Of a stretch of DNA of 64,000 bases, positions 54,483-64,000 are shown in pieces (position 1 is the first letter of the stretch; the number at the start of each line of letters is the position of its first letter). The position numbers and the translations under genes are program-made. Origin of the DNA: Tepidisphaeraceae bacterium (GTDB lineage Bacteria; Planctomycetota; Phycisphaerae; Tepidisphaerales; Tepidisphaeraceae); NCBI GenBank assembly GCA_050014015.1, contig JBEKEC010000046.1, forward strand, positions 2,405 to 66,404, read 5' to 3'. The notes below the pieces were generated by a model. That model had not been told where the DNA came from, searched no databases, and was given only the letters and a program-made list of their open reading frames with translations.

Positions 54483-55672
54483 AGGTGATAGCTGGCCAGG
54501 GCGATCAGGGCGGTGGCGGCGAAGCAGAGGACGTAGTGTGGGATGACGGCCGTCCAGATGTGGCCGTGATAGGAAAGGCGGCGCATGGAGAACCAGGTGG
54601 TGAGGGTGTTGAGGATGAGGCGGTGGTAGATGTACATGCCGTAGCTGTAGACGCCGAAGAAGCGGAGCCAGCGCTGGGACATGAGACGGTTGAGGCGCCG
54701 GCCGGCGCTGAGGGCCAGGAGCAGGAACGCGGCCCAGGCGAAGGCGACGAATGAATAACTGACGACGGCGATGGGTTTGCCGAGATGGAAGGAGCCGATG
54801 GCGCGGCCTTCGAGGGCGAAACATGCGATGGAGGCGGCGGCACAGGCCAGGCCGACCCATTTGAATCGGGCGAAGAGTTGGGCGGGGGTCGAGTGTTGGA
54901 TGACGACGGCCAGGAGCGCGCCCAAGGCGAGACAATCCATGCGGCATTGGGTCGCGACGTAAGGGACGAGGGGGTTTTGGCCGGAAATCACGGCGTAGGC
55001 GCGGCAGATGGGGGCTATCACGATCAGGGCGATGCACAATCGAAACAGGGCGCGGTCGGAGAAGAGCCAGACCATCAGGGGCCAGAAAAGATAAAAATGT
55101 TCCTCGACGGCCAGGGACCAGAAATGGCCGAGGGAAACCTGGGCATGATCGAGGAAAGTGAAGCCGGATCGGCAGACGAGATAGTTGGTGCCGTAGAACC
55201 AATACCAGGGCCAGGCATCGCGGAGGGTGGTGAGATTTCGCCAGGAGGGGATGACGGCCAGCCCGATGGCCAGGAGAATGAGGACGAAATAGTAGAGCGG
55301 GAAAATTCGCAGGGCGCGGCGGGTATAGAAATTCCGGAAATATTTTTTGGAGGAACGGGACCGCAGGAGGATGCCGGTGATGAGGAACCCGGAAAGGACG
55401 AAGAAGAGATCGACGCCGATGGTCATGTTTTTGGTGATCGGCTGGAAGATTTTGGCCAGGACGTTGTCGTAAGCCCCTTCGGGCGAGAAATGGTTGAAGA
55501 GGACGAGGATGATGGCGACGCCGCGGACGCCGTCGAGGGCGGGGATGTGCCCGAGGCGGGAGCGGTTGACCTCATCGCCTTCAGCGGAGAGCGGTCCGTG
55601 GGCGTGGGCTGGGATTGGGGCCTGGATGGCGGTCATGGGTTGGATTCCAACCGAGGGGTGGGGGATTTGCAA
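54440..55672 (-). CDS. Acyltransferase family 3 membrane protein
   Basis: The sequence ..HIPALDGVRGVAIILVLFNHF.. is followed by about 10 TM helices. An alternative start is ATG 55636. Confidence 0.8.
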   Translation of the reverse strand: MQIPHPSVGIQPMTAIQAPIPAHAHGPLSAEGDEVNRSRLGHIPALDGVRGVAIILVLFNHFSPEGAYDNVLAKIFQPITKNMTIGVDLFFVLSGFLITGILLRSRSSKKYFRNFYTRRALRIFPLYYFVLILLAIGLAVIPSWRNLTTLRDAWPWYWFYGTNYLVCRSGFTFLDHAQVSLGHFWSLAVEEHFYLFWPLMVWLFSDRALFRLCIALIVIAPICRAYAVISGQNPLVPYVATQCRMDCLALGALLAVVIQHSTPAQLFARFKWVGLACAAASIACFALEGRAIGSFHLGKPIAVVSYSFVAFAWAAFLLLALSAGRRLNRLMSQRWLRFFGVYSYGMYIYHRLILNTLTTWFSMRRLSYHGHIWTAVIPHYVLCFAATALIALASYHLYEKHFLKLKRWFE

Positions 55673-55740
55673 TGCGCCATGTCTGAATGCGCTTGGTACT
55701 TGACTGGCTGTAACGCTCGTTTGTGGCGGACAAGGCTGGT

Positions 55741-55768
55741 GATTGCCGATTGCCTATTGCCAATTGGA
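55741..55768. repeat. GATTGCC-type heptamer repeats, second locus
   Basis: The sequence gattgccgattgcctattgccaattgg lies in the divergent promoter region between 55672 and 55827. Confidence 0.5.
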
Positions 55769-55826
55769 ACAGGAGAATCGGGAACCGGAAAGAAGTTTAC
55801 CTTGACTAGCGAAACGAGGAAGTGAC

Positions 55827-56168
55827 ATGAGCGCCGTTCAAACGCTTGATATCCGGGGCAGGAAATTCGTCCTGATTCCAGAATCCGAATACCGCCGGCT
55901 AACAAGACGCCCGGTGGCGGCGATTCCTCGAATGCCGGCGATGTCGCCCGACGGCACTTATCCGGCCGCCGAAGCCATGCGGGCAATGATGGCCCGGAAG
56001 ATTATCGCCGCCCGAAAGTCTGTCGGGCTCTCGCAGGCTGCACTTGCACGAAATGCGGGCATCCGCGTCGAAACGCTGAACCGTTTGGAAAGGGGAAAAC
56101 ACACGCCCGACTTGGCGACGATGGCCAGGATGAACAAGGCGCTGGATGAAGCGGGCGCCCCGCAATAA
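55827..56168 (+). CDS. XRE-family helix-turn-helix protein (antitoxin-like)
   Basis: It has ..IIAARKSVGLSQAALARNAGIRVETLNRLERGKHTPDLATMARM.. Confidence 0.7.
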   Translation: MSAVQTLDIRGRKFVLIPESEYRRLTRRPVAAIPRMPAMSPDGTYPAAEAMRAMMARKIIAARKSVGLSQAALARNAGIRVETLNRLERGKHTPDLATMARMNKALDEAGAPQ

Positions 56169-56239
56169 TCATCGCGCGCCCCATCTTGGCAATTTCCACT
56201 TACCGCCGCTCCCCCACCCCATTGCGGCAAAGCCGCAAT

Positions 56240-56313
56240 AGGCCGAGGTCGGATTCGAACCGACGAATAACGGATTTGCAATCCGTCCCCTTAGTCCGCT
56301 TGGGTACTCGGCC
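56240..56313 (-). tRNA. tRNA-Cys (anticodon GCA)
   Basis: Hand-folded from the reverse complement GGCCGAGTACCCAAGCGGACTAAGGGGACGGATTGCAAATCCGTTATTCGTCGGTTCGAATCCGACCTCGGCCT. The acceptor is GGCCGAG/CTCGGCC, the anticodon loop is TTGCAAA and the T-loop is TTCGAAT. Confidence 0.85.
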
Positions 56314-56670
56314 GCGTTTGAAGAAGAATATCGGCATTCGCCCCGCTCATCAACTGCGGCGGTGCGGCGGCGTGCATGGGAATGAAATCGCCCCGTTTTC
56401 CGCCGGGATGATCCGCTGTTTTCGATGCCTGCACCACCGTTTCGCGACGCGCATCGCCGTGCATCGGATTGCACTAAAACGCACTATTTCCGTGCTACCG
56501 GCGCACCCCGATTCGGCCGGCACCCGGCCGCAAGCCTGGGCCGGCCGTCTCCCGGAGTGACTGTGTTAGGGGCAATACAGTTGCGGGCGTTCATTTTTGT
56601 CGGATTAGGGGTTTTCCCCTATGGATTGCGGCGGGGAAAACGCCGACGTGAGCGATTTGCGAGGTGCAAG

Positions 56671-57087
56671 TTGAATAGCTATCAAGGTCCGATAAGAGCG
56701 CTGGTCGCCGACGATGACCCGGCCAGCCTTTTGATTCTGGAATCGCTGGCGAATTCGCTTGGGCTGGAAACGGTCGTGGCGACAAATGTCGCCAGCGCGA
56801 GGGGATTGCTGAGCCAGGTCGTTCCGCACATCGCGATTCTGGACGTCATGTTTCCAGACGGGGACGGCGTTGACGTTCTCCTTGACATCCGCAGGGCTCA
56901 AATGCCGACGGCCGTCGCACTTATTTCGGCGAACCTGGCGGAATTCCCTTTCCATAAGTGTGGAGAGAACAAGCCAGACATCATTTTCAACAAGCCGCTC
57001 GATAGTGATGCGGTCCGTGCATGGCTCGTCAAGCAGATCGCGAGTCTCGACGGGTGTACTGATCCGTCGGAAAGACTCCACATTTGA
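56671..57087 (+). CDS. Stand-alone response regulator receiver domain protein
   Basis: It has ..IRALVADDDPASLLILESL.., ..HIAILDVMFPDGDGVDVL.. (phospho-Asp) and ..ALISAN..FNKPLD. I propose a TTG start at 56671 after GAGG; the longer ORF from 56425 is not convincing. Confidence 0.65.
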   Translation: MNSYQGPIRALVADDDPASLLILESLANSLGLETVVATNVASARGLLSQVVPHIAILDVMFPDGDGVDVLLDIRRAQMPTAVALISANLAEFPFHKCGENKPDIIFNKPLDSDAVRAWLVKQIASLDGCTDPSERLHI

Positions 57088-57134
57088 TGGCGATCTTCCA
57101 AAGATCGGCAAGACGTCACCGGCCCCGGAGTCAA

Positions 57135-57848
57135 TTACGTCCCGCGGGTCCGGGAAATTTCCACCAATAGCTTAAACAGCGCCAAATGCTCCGGCTCGTC
57201 GATGAGGCGTTCGGGATGCCATTGGACGGCGGCGAAGAAGGGAAAGGTGGGGTCCTCGAAACCTTCGATGACGCCGTCGGGGGCGGTGGCGACGACGCGC
57301 AGGCCGCGGCCGAGGCGGTCGGCGGCTTGCTTGTGATAACTGTTGACGGAAATCTGGGGTTTGCCTATGGCCTGGCCGAGGTGCGAGGCAAGATCGACGG
57401 AGACGTTATGGCGGGGAAGTTCGTCGCCGATCTTGCGGTGTTCCAGGGGATTGGAGCGGACGAAATCGGGGAGGAATTGGTGCATGCTTCCGCCACGGTG
57501 GACGTTCATCAACTGTGAGCCGAGGCAGACGCCCAGAGCGGGAAGGCGGCGGCGTTCGACTTCGGCAAGGAGTGCCAACTCGAATTTCTGGCGGGCGGGG
57601 TCAACGCGAACCGCCTTGGGATGCCAGGATTGGCCGTAGAGGGCGGGGTCGAGATCGTTTCCGCCGGTGAAGAGGAAGCCGGCGCAGGCATCGACGAATT
57701 GGCCGATGAGGGCGAGATCGGATTGATAGGGAAGCAGCAGCGGCAGGCCGCCGGCGCGTTCGACGGACTTGGCGTAGGCGTAGGGCGATTCGTATTTGTC
57801 GCCGTCGTCGTGGGAGTCGAGGGTGATGCCGATGAGGGGTCGGGTCAT
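57135..57848 (-). CDS. Gamma-glutamyl-GABA hydrolase-like class I glutamine amidotransferase (peptidase C26)
   Basis: It has ..PLIGITLD.., ..LPALGVCLGSQLMN.. (nucleophile Cys) and ..FFAAVQWHPE. Confidence 0.85.
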   Translation of the reverse strand: MTRPLIGITLDSHDDGDKYESPYAYAKSVERAGGLPLLLPYQSDLALIGQFVDACAGFLFTGGNDLDPALYGQSWHPKAVRVDPARQKFELALLAEVERRRLPALGVCLGSQLMNVHRGGSMHQFLPDFVRSNPLEHRKIGDELPRHNVSVDLASHLGQAIGKPQISVNSYHKQAADRLGRGLRVVATAPDGVIEGFEDPTFPFFAAVQWHPERLIDEPEHLALFKLLVEISRTRGT

Positions 57849-57886
57849 GGAATTGAAGAATATGCTATAATGAAGGCGAGGCCAAT

Positions 57887-58588
57887 ATGGCGCAATTGCA
57901 GACGAGTCGAGCGGTCCGGGGAGAGGTGGATGAGTTGCGCTCCGGAGACCGGATGACGCGAGAAGAATTTCATCGCATTTACGAGCGAATGCCGGAGGAT
58001 TTCAAGGCGGAGCTCGTCGGAGGGATTGTTTACGTGGCTTCACCACTGAGAGTTGGGCATGGAACCGCCCATTCGGTTCTCAACGCGGCTTTGGCCATGT
58101 ACATGTCCGCAACCCCAGGGGTGGAAGCAGGGGACAACGTTACGGTGCTTCTTAGCGACGATTCCGAGCCGCAACCCGATTTGTTCCTGAGAATTCTGCC
58201 GAAATACGGGGGCCAATCGAAAACCACGAAGGGGGATTACCTCCAGGGACCGCCAGAACTATTGGCGGAGATTGCGTACAGTTCGCGAGCGATCGATCTT
58301 CACGCCAAGCGAGACATTTATGCGCGCTATGGCGTTTTGGAGTATCTGGTTCTATCGCTGAAAGAACGGGAGCTGAAATGGTTCGATTTACGGGCGAACA
58401 AGGAACTAGCCGCTGATAGCGACGGGGTATGCCGGGTTCACGCCTTTCCCGGGCTTTGGATTCACGTTGAAGCGATCCTGCAACGCAATTATCAGCAGTT
58501 GATGGCAATGCTGAAGCAGGGACTGGAATCGCCGGAGCACGCGGATTTTGTGGCGAAGCTGGCGTCGGCACATAAGCCGCGAGGTTAA
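57887..58588 (+). CDS. Uma2 family (DUF820) restriction-endonuclease-fold protein
   Basis: It has ..AELVGGIVYVASP.., ..SEPQPDLFLRI.., ..PELLAEIAYSS.. and ..KRDIYARYGVLEYLV. Confidence 0.8.
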   Translation: MAQLQTSRAVRGEVDELRSGDRMTREEFHRIYERMPEDFKAELVGGIVYVASPLRVGHGTAHSVLNAALAMYMSATPGVEAGDNVTVLLSDDSEPQPDLFLRILPKYGGQSKTTKGDYLQGPPELLAEIAYSSRAIDLHAKRDIYARYGVLEYLVLSLKERELKWFDLRANKELAADSDGVCRVHAFPGLWIHVEAILQRNYQQLMAMLKQGLESPEHADFVAKLASAHKPRG

Positions 58589-58621
58589 CCCACGGATGGC
58601 CATCCGTGGGCTTTGGTTGGG

Positions 58622-60475
58622 TCACGCTTCCACCGTGGTAGCCTGCTTGCGGTTGGCGCGTTTGCGGGCGTTTTCGTCGAGCAAATCCTTTCGCAGACGA
58701 ATGCTGCCGGGGGTGACTTCCACCAGTTCGTCCTCCTCGATGTATTCCAGGGCTTGTTCGAGGGTCATTTTGCGCGCGGGCTTGAGGATGATGTTTTCGT
58801 CGCTGCTGGTGGTGCGCATGTTGGAAAGCTTCTTGGCCTTGGTGGGGTTGACGACGATGTCGTCTTCGCGGCAATGCTCGCCGACGACCTGTCCTTCGTA
58901 AACGGGTTCGCCGGGTTCGACGAACATGACGCCGCGGTCCTGGAGGGTGTTCAGGGCGTAAGCGTTGACGTTGGCGGCGACGTTGGAAATCATGACGCCG
59001 TTGGCGCGCACGGGGACATCGCCGCGGAGCGGGGCATATTCGTGGAAATTGTGGTGCATGATGGCCTGGCCCTGGGTGGCGTTGAGCATGCGGGTGCGGA
59101 GGCCGATCAGGCCGCGGGCGGGAATGGTGAATTCCAGGTGGACTTGGCCGGCGCGGTTGTCCATGCGGACGAGTTCACCGCGGCGATTTCCGACCAATTC
59201 CATCGCCCCGCCGAGGTTTTTCTCGGGAACGTCGATGACGAGATATTCGATAGGCTCCAGGGTATTGCCCTCGTCGTCTTTTTTGAGGATGACGTGGGGC
59301 TTGCTGATGGATAGCTCATAGCCCTCGCGGCGCATGTTTTCGATGAGGATGCCGAGATGGAGCAGGCCGCGGCCGGAGACTTTGAAGGCGTCCTTGACGG
59401 CGGTTTCCTCGAGCTTGAGGGCGACGTTGCTTTCCAGTTCCTTGAACAGGCGTTCGCGGAGGTTTCGGCTGGTGACGTACTTGCCCTCTTTGCCGACGAA
59501 GGGGGAATCGTTGACGCTGAACATCATGGTAAGCGTTGGCGGCTCGATTTCGGTGGCGACCAGCGGCTGGGGGTCGATCGGATCGCAGATGGAATCAGCG
59601 ATGTCGACGGTTTCCAGGCCGACCAGGGCGACGATGTCGCCGGCCTCGGCTTCCTCGACGTCCTTTCGACCGAGGCCGTCGAAGACCTGGACCTGCTGAA
59701 CTTTGGTTTTGATGCGTGCGCCGTCGCGTCGGACGACCGTGATCTGTTGTCCGCTGCGGATTCGGCCGTTGAAAATCCGGCCGACGCCGATGCGCCCGAC
59801 GTAGTCGTTGTAGAGAATGCTGCTGATCTGGATCTGGAGGGATTTGTCCGGATCGCCATGGGGAGCGGGGATGTGCTTGAGGAGTGCTTCGAAGACGGGA
59901 ATGATATCGGTGCCCTTCTGCTCCAGATGCCAGGAGGCGGTGCCGGCGCGGCCGCTGGCGTAGAGGACGGGGAAATCGAGGGTTTCATCGTCGGCGCCGA
60001 GCTCGACAAACAGGTCGAAGACCTCGTCGAGAACCTGGTGGGCGCGGGCGTCCTGGCGGTCAATCTTATTGATGACGACGATGGGGCGCAGCTCGTGCTG
60101 GAAGGCCTTTTTGAGAACGAAGCGGGTCTGGGGCATGGGTCCCTCGGCGGCATCGACCAGGAGGAAGACGCCGTCGGCCATGCCGAGGACGCGCTCGACC
60201 TCGCCGCCGAAATCGGCGTGGCCGGGGGTGTCGATCAGGTTGATCTTGGTGGTTATGCCGTCGGGGCTGGTGTAGTTGATGGCGACGTTCTTGGCCAGGA
60301 TGGTGATCCCCCGCTCGCGCTCCAGGGGATTGGAATCGAGCAGGGTGTCCTGCTGGACCTGGCTGTCGCGGAAATTACCGCTTTGGCGAAGCAGCGCATC
60401 CACGAGCGTGGTCTTGCCATGATCGACGTGGGCGATGATGGCGACGTTGCGGATACTGTTACGCACCTGATTCAT
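58622..60475 (-). CDS. typA: Translational GTPase TypA/BipA
   Basis: I moved the start to ATG 60475 ([29 protein letters not shown]..). It has ..[14 protein letters not shown].. and ..VINKIDR. Confidence 0.95.
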   Translation of the reverse strand: MNQVRNSIRNVAIIAHVDHGKTTLVDALLRQSGNFRDSQVQQDTLLDSNPLERERGITILAKNVAINYTSPDGITTKINLIDTPGHADFGGEVERVLGMADGVFLLVDAAEGPMPQTRFVLKKAFQHELRPIVVINKIDRQDARAHQVLDEVFDLFVELGADDETLDFPVLYASGRAGTASWHLEQKGTDIIPVFEALLKHIPAPHGDPDKSLQIQISSILYNDYVGRIGVGRIFNGRIRSGQQITVVRRDGARIKTKVQQVQVFDGLGRKDVEEAEAGDIVALVGLETVDIADSICDPIDPQPLVATEIEPPTLTMMFSVNDSPFVGKEGKYVTSRNLRERLFKELESNVALKLEETAVKDAFKVSGRGLLHLGILIENMRREGYELSISKPHVILKKDDEGNTLEPIEYLVIDVPEKNLGGAMELVGNRRGELVRMDNRAGQVHLEFTIPARGLIGLRTRMLNATQGQAIMHHNFHEYAPLRGDVPVRANGVMISNVAANVNAYALNTLQDRGVMFVEPGEPVYEGQVVGEHCREDDIVVNPTKAKKLSNMRTTSSDENIILKPARKMTLEQALEYIEEDELVEVTPGSIRLRKDLLDENARKRANRKQATTVEA

Positions 60476-60669
60476 TCTATGACTTTCGTTGCAAAATTGT
60501 TGTACCTGAGCATCCAACGCCGTCAAAAACCGCGTTTCCCAGCGGCTAAAAAGGGATTCGACAATCGGCGATTTCCCAATTAGAACGTCATTTAGAACGT
60601 CGTTGCGGGATGGATAGGATACTGTCGCGGTTATAAGTACACAATCTCTTTACCCTTTGGGAGGCATTT

Positions 60670-61059
60670 ATGAGGAAGCTGACGGCGATACTAGCGCCCA
60701 TCGCATTGGCGGCGGGCATTTGCGGCATGTTGAAGGCGGACGACTCGGCCCCGCCACCGGCCCCGTCGCAAACGACGGATAGCTGGCAAGTCAAGGATGA
60801 GTACGTCTGGTGGGTCGAGCACCAGTCGGCGATCGCCAACGACGCCGGGATGAGCGGAGTGCAAGCGGTGATCGAGGCCAAGAATCTGCTTGGGGCGAAG
60901 GGGCAGCCGGCGATCGATTTCTTCACCAAGGCGTTGTACGACTCGAAGAACCGGACGGTTCAGCGGCAGATTCGCCTGACGCTGTTCGATCTGTACAAGG
61001 AACAGGGGCAGACCGACAAGGCGCTGGATCAGTTGCAGCAGTTGATGATGGATCAGTGA
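60670..61059 (+). CDS. Hypothetical small secreted protein
   Basis: The signal peptide is MRKLTAILAPIALAAGICGMLKA. I recognise no family. Confidence 0.5.
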   Translation: MRKLTAILAPIALAAGICGMLKADDSAPPPAPSQTTDSWQVKDEYVWWVEHQSAIANDAGMSGVQAVIEAKNLLGAKGQPAIDFFTKALYDSKNRTVQRQIRLTLFDLYKEQGQTDKALDQLQQLMMDQ

Positions 61060-61294
61060 AGGCGGAGTTGCTCGTATCCCGCGTGCGCAATCATCCGGCC
61101 GATTTTTCGGGTGGGAATGACGGGCGATTTGAGTCCAAATCTCGTCATCCCGACTTTGTTGCAGCACGGTTGCCCGTACCGGTCCAGAGATTACAGTCGT
61201 TCCCCTTATCCTAAGCGGGAAATCGTGGCGGAACTACGATCAAAGGCCCCCGACCCATTCACGCCCCCTTTGAATTTCGCGCGTGCAGCGATAG

Positions 61295-62263
61295 TCATGC
61301 GACAATCTTGCAGTTCGGAAGGGCTTTCCGGAGTTGCTCAACGGTTGCAGATGACACGCTGCAACCTTTCACGTTGAGCATTTTTAGCGAGGTCATTCGC
61401 CGTAGCGACTCAAGTACCTTGTCAGTCGTATTGGTATCCGCCAAGTCGAGCACTTTCAGATGTCGGAACGCCAGTAACGAGCACAGAGCGGACTCGGCGA
61501 TATGCTTGCATTTGTACAGGACCAGGGAATGAAACTGTGGTTGGGTAGCCAATTCCATTAGAGTTCCAAGATCGGCGTCCTGCAGTCCAAAATCGGCCCG
61601 AAATCGGTATACTTCTCCCGGCTTGAGTTTGACAGTGTCCGGGGTCAGTTGTCCCTCCCGTTGGCTTCCGAACTTTTCGCCAGGCAGGTCCTTAATCGAT
61701 TGCCATCTCCCGGAGGCGGCAATCTGGACCACCTTCAGTTCTGGTTCGGGTTGCCTCAGAGGCGCAAGCAGTATGTCTCGAAGACAGTACTCCAGCGCCC
61801 CCTGTAGCTTCTTTCGTTCAGAGGCACGTTCGGATTCCGCAGGCGGCGCGTTATATGTAAGTACTCGCTTCAGCCGAAGGTCAAACGGAAGTTGCTCAAC
61901 CGTCCCAAAGGCCGTGTTCATTACCATGATGATTCGATGCTGTCCGAGAGCCTTGAGTGCATAGCCAAGTTCAATCAGGACATTTGGGTTCGGCGTAAAC
62001 CGGGTCTCTTCATTGGCCCCTTTGTTGATGACAGAAACATCGCAGACAAAGATCAGAGATTCGTCGATCTTCCCGAGGATTGTGGAGAAAATATCAGGGC
62101 TACCGGGAACTCCCGCTGTGTCGCGATCGACCACCGGCTCAACTTGGACACTTCCGTTTTCACGCAATGTCTTGGTTGCCGCTTCGAGGGCCGTGTGAAT
62201 AAAACCCCTATTGGTTGAGTTGGGTAGGTCCGACTGCCAGGAGTAAAAAACGGTGTCTGCCAT
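61295..62263 (-). CDS. TIR-like / nucleoside 2-deoxyribosyltransferase-like N-terminal domain fused to C-terminal leucine-rich repeats
   Basis: I moved the start to ATG 62263. The N-terminal MADTVFYSWQSDLPNSTNRGFIHTALEAA..GSPDIFSTILGKIDESLIFVCDVSVIN..PNPNVLIELGYAL..RIIMVMNT..LPFD resembles TIR-like stand-alone effector domains. The C-terminus is ..LKVLDLADTNTTDKVLESLRRMTSLKMLNVKGCSVSSATVEQLRKALPNCKIVA (LRR). Confidence 0.55.
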   Translation of the reverse strand: MADTVFYSWQSDLPNSTNRGFIHTALEAATKTLRENGSVQVEPVVDRDTAGVPGSPDIFSTILGKIDESLIFVCDVSVINKGANEETRFTPNPNVLIELGYALKALGQHRIIMVMNTAFGTVEQLPFDLRLKRVLTYNAPPAESERASERKKLQGALEYCLRDILLAPLRQPEPELKVVQIAASGRWQSIKDLPGEKFGSQREGQLTPDTVKLKPGEVYRFRADFGLQDADLGTLMELATQPQFHSLVLYKCKHIAESALCSLLAFRHLKVLDLADTNTTDKVLESLRRMTSLKMLNVKGCSVSSATVEQLRKALPNCKIVA

Positions 62264-62637
62264 CGCGTGTCCTGCCACAAGGATATGAAGACCGCGCATC
62301 ACGTCAATTCAGGAATGCTTTTTGCCGATGAAATGAAGCCATCCGTGCCCGCTCCATCGGCCACCCCTACGGCGATCCTGCCAAGATGTTCAAGATCATG
62401 ATCGACGGCCTCGACCAGAATCCGGCACCGGGGTAACTAAAGGGTCCGCGACCTATGTATGTGATATCCATCCGAAATAGTTGATCTTGACGCATAAAAC
62501 GCAGAAAAAGTTCGACTGGTGTCCCATCATTCCGATTTGATGAGACGGAAAGCCCTTTGGCGAAACATCTAATGGAGGCGTGAAATGTTCGCCCCGCGCT
62601 CTATCGGGCTGGATGAAGATTGCGGTATGATATCCTC

Positions 62638-62898
62638 ATGGTTGCCGCTGTCCGCCAACTTGTGAAGGTTCAATCCAACGGTCGCATTGAGATAATTGCG
62701 CCGGAGCTTCGTGCCGGAACCGTTACGGAGGTAATCGTCTTGCTTCCGCATGAATCGACGGTGGCAACGCCCGCCGAGCGGGTCGCCGCATTGGCGCGGC
62801 TGAGGGATAACATCGGATTGACTGCCGAAGCTGCCGATCGCTGGGCGGGAGAAGTCCGTGCCGAGCGTGATGCCTGGAACCCACCAGTTGAGCCATGA
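62638..62898 (+). CDS. vapB: VapB-type antitoxin (fold not resolved)
   Basis: This small ORF's stop overlaps the vapC ATG (ATGA). It begins MVAAVRQLVKVQSNGRIEI.. Confidence 0.55.
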   Translation: MVAAVRQLVKVQSNGRIEIIAPELRAGTVTEVIVLLPHESTVATPAERVAALARLRDNIGLTAEAADRWAGEVRAERDAWNPPVEP

Positions 62899-63269
62899 TT
62901 CACCTGGACACGAATTATCTGATTCGCTCCCTCGTACCTAAGACCCAGCAAGCCGCACAGCTTGATTCGTGGATTTTGGCGGGTGAGACAATCAGCACCA
63001 GCGCGATGGCGTGGAGCGAGTTCCTTTGCGGGCCATTGTCGCCAACGCATACCTCCGCAGCGCTGGCAATACTGGCTGCGGTCGAATCTGTCACAACCAC
63101 CGACGCCGCATTGGCCGCCGATCTTTTCAACAAATCCGGTCGCCGCCGCGGAAGTCTGGCCGACTGCATCATCGCCGCCGTCGCTCTGCGATTGGGAGCA
63201 TCACTGGCAACTGAAAATCGGGCTGATTTCAGTCCACTGGCAAATCTCGGCCTAACCCTTATTCCATAG
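62895..63269 (+). CDS. vapC: PIN-domain VapC-family toxin
   Basis: It has MIHLDTNYLI.. (first acidic residue), ..MAWSEFLCG.., ..SLADCIIAAVAL.. and ..LATENRADF. Confidence 0.85.
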   Translation: MIHLDTNYLIRSLVPKTQQAAQLDSWILAGETISTSAMAWSEFLCGPLSPTHTSAALAILAAVESVTTTDAALAADLFNKSGRRRGSLADCIIAAVALRLGASLATENRADFSPLANLGLTLIP

Positions 63270-63311
63270 CGACCGGCAACGATCCCGTCTAAACGGGTTG
63301 TGAAATCGCTT

Positions 63312-64000
63312 CTAAATTGGCTGGCGGGTGATTCGGGAAAGTCCGCGGAGGGAGGCTTCGGGTTCGGATTTGAAGCGCCAGCGGCCGGGCCAGTCGCGAT
63401 AGAGAACTTGGCGTAGGGCGCCGGCGGCGCCGCCGCTTACGAAAACCGTGGGCCGGATTCTTACGCCGCGGGATTTCAAGAGCGCCAGGCGGGCGCTGCT
63501 GGCTTTGGCTAGGGCGTCGATGATCGACATCAGCATGTCCTGGCGGGTCGTGGCGAGCGTGAGGTTGGAGAAGGAGGCTTGCTTCTGCTCGATGCTGGTG
63601 CGCTCGCCGGCTAGGTAGGGTTGGAAAATAACCGTGGGATCTGCCTGGTGCTTTGATTTTCGGGCGAGATTTGCCAGGAGGCGGTAATAGTCCTCGGTGG
63701 AAAGGTCACGGAAGAACTGGTCGAGGGCCCAGGTGATGGCGGAGCCGGCGGCGGCAAGGGTGCCGACGGACAGCCAGAGCCGGCCGATGCCCAGGGCGCG
63801 GGTGAGAAGATTTTCGTGCGGGCGCGGGTGGCGGGTGCAGAGGCATAAAACGTCGGTGGAGCCGCTGACGTTGAGGAGTTGTCCGGGGCGAGGACCGAAG
63901 AGCATGAACGCGGCGCCGGTGTCGATCATGCCGGTCATAACCGGCGTGCCTTCGGTGAGACCGAAGCGGTGGGCGGCCGGGCGCGTGATGGAGCCGGGGA
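63312..64000 (-). CDS. FGGY-family carbohydrate kinase, C-terminal part (the N-terminus lies beyond the 3' window edge)
   Basis: It has ..MTGMIDTGAAFMLFG.., ..NVSGSTDVL.. and ..VFVSGGAAGALRQVL. The ORF is open to the window end. Confidence 0.7.
   Translation of the reverse strand, partial: PGSITRPAAHRFGLTEGTPVMTGMIDTGAAFMLFGPRPGQLLNVSGSTDVLCLCTRHPRPHENLLTRALGIGRLWLSVGTLAAAGSAITWALDQFFRDLSTEDYYRLLANLARKSKHQADPTVIFQPYLAGERTSIEQKQASFSNLTLATTRQDMLMSIIDALAKASSARLALLKSRGVRIRPTVFVSGGAAGALRQVLYRDWPGRWRFKSEPEASLRGLSRITRQPI

Noticed and set aside
62330-62440. A short frame reading NEAIRARSIGHPYGDPAKMFKIMIDGLDQNPAPG*, considered as a gene
   Set aside because: It is preceded by an in-frame stop, has no plausible start and matches no family I recognise. 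It is probably a remnant of a degraded gene next to the TIR-like islet.

Overview
This is a high-GC bacterial chromosomal segment. I infer a Planctomycetota-like genome from several features: a giant TPR-secretin, an ECF sigma factor with a membrane-anchored C-terminal extension, a PEP-CTERM protein, an LRR domain ending in '..ALPNCKI', and many four-helix-bundle genes and simple-sequence hairpins. About 65 protein genes and 2 tRNAs can be supported.

The core content is housekeeping:
- guaA.
- A long co-directional minus-strand array: ribF, two 2TM/TPR paralogs, an 869-aa repeat protein, DUF502, hpf, ptsN, ptsH, ptsI and an RNase E/G gene.
- psd-pssA, gltX, smpB, tRNA-Leu, lepB, pdxA, pepP, accB/accC, a PFK-family kinase, tRNA-Cys and typA.

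Interspersed accessory material includes:
- Decayed hicBA and an IS630 remnant.
- Toxin-antitoxin modules: DUF6883/DUF4926, a HicB-like gene, MazEF and VapBC.
- An AT-richer islet at 46.6-52.3 kb with a PEP-CTERM protein, lipoproteins, DUF2846 paralogs and an IS1-like element.
- A TIR-like/LRR single-gene islet.

The most unusual signals are:
1. Two four-helix-bundle genes (23S-rRNA-IVS-protein family), each bracketed by inverted arms of short tandem repeats. One fills the whole accB-accC spacer. Gene-less hairpins built from the same kind of repeats occur elsewhere.
2. A perfect 123-bp direct repeat of the ribF 5' region flanking a 1.58-kb insert that carries an unknown membrane protein. This splits ribF.
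3. A TIR-like domain fused to leucine-rich repeats next to vapBC.

No CRISPR array, rRNA gene or prophage is visible. All family calls come from motif recognition by eye and need HMM or BLAST confirmation.
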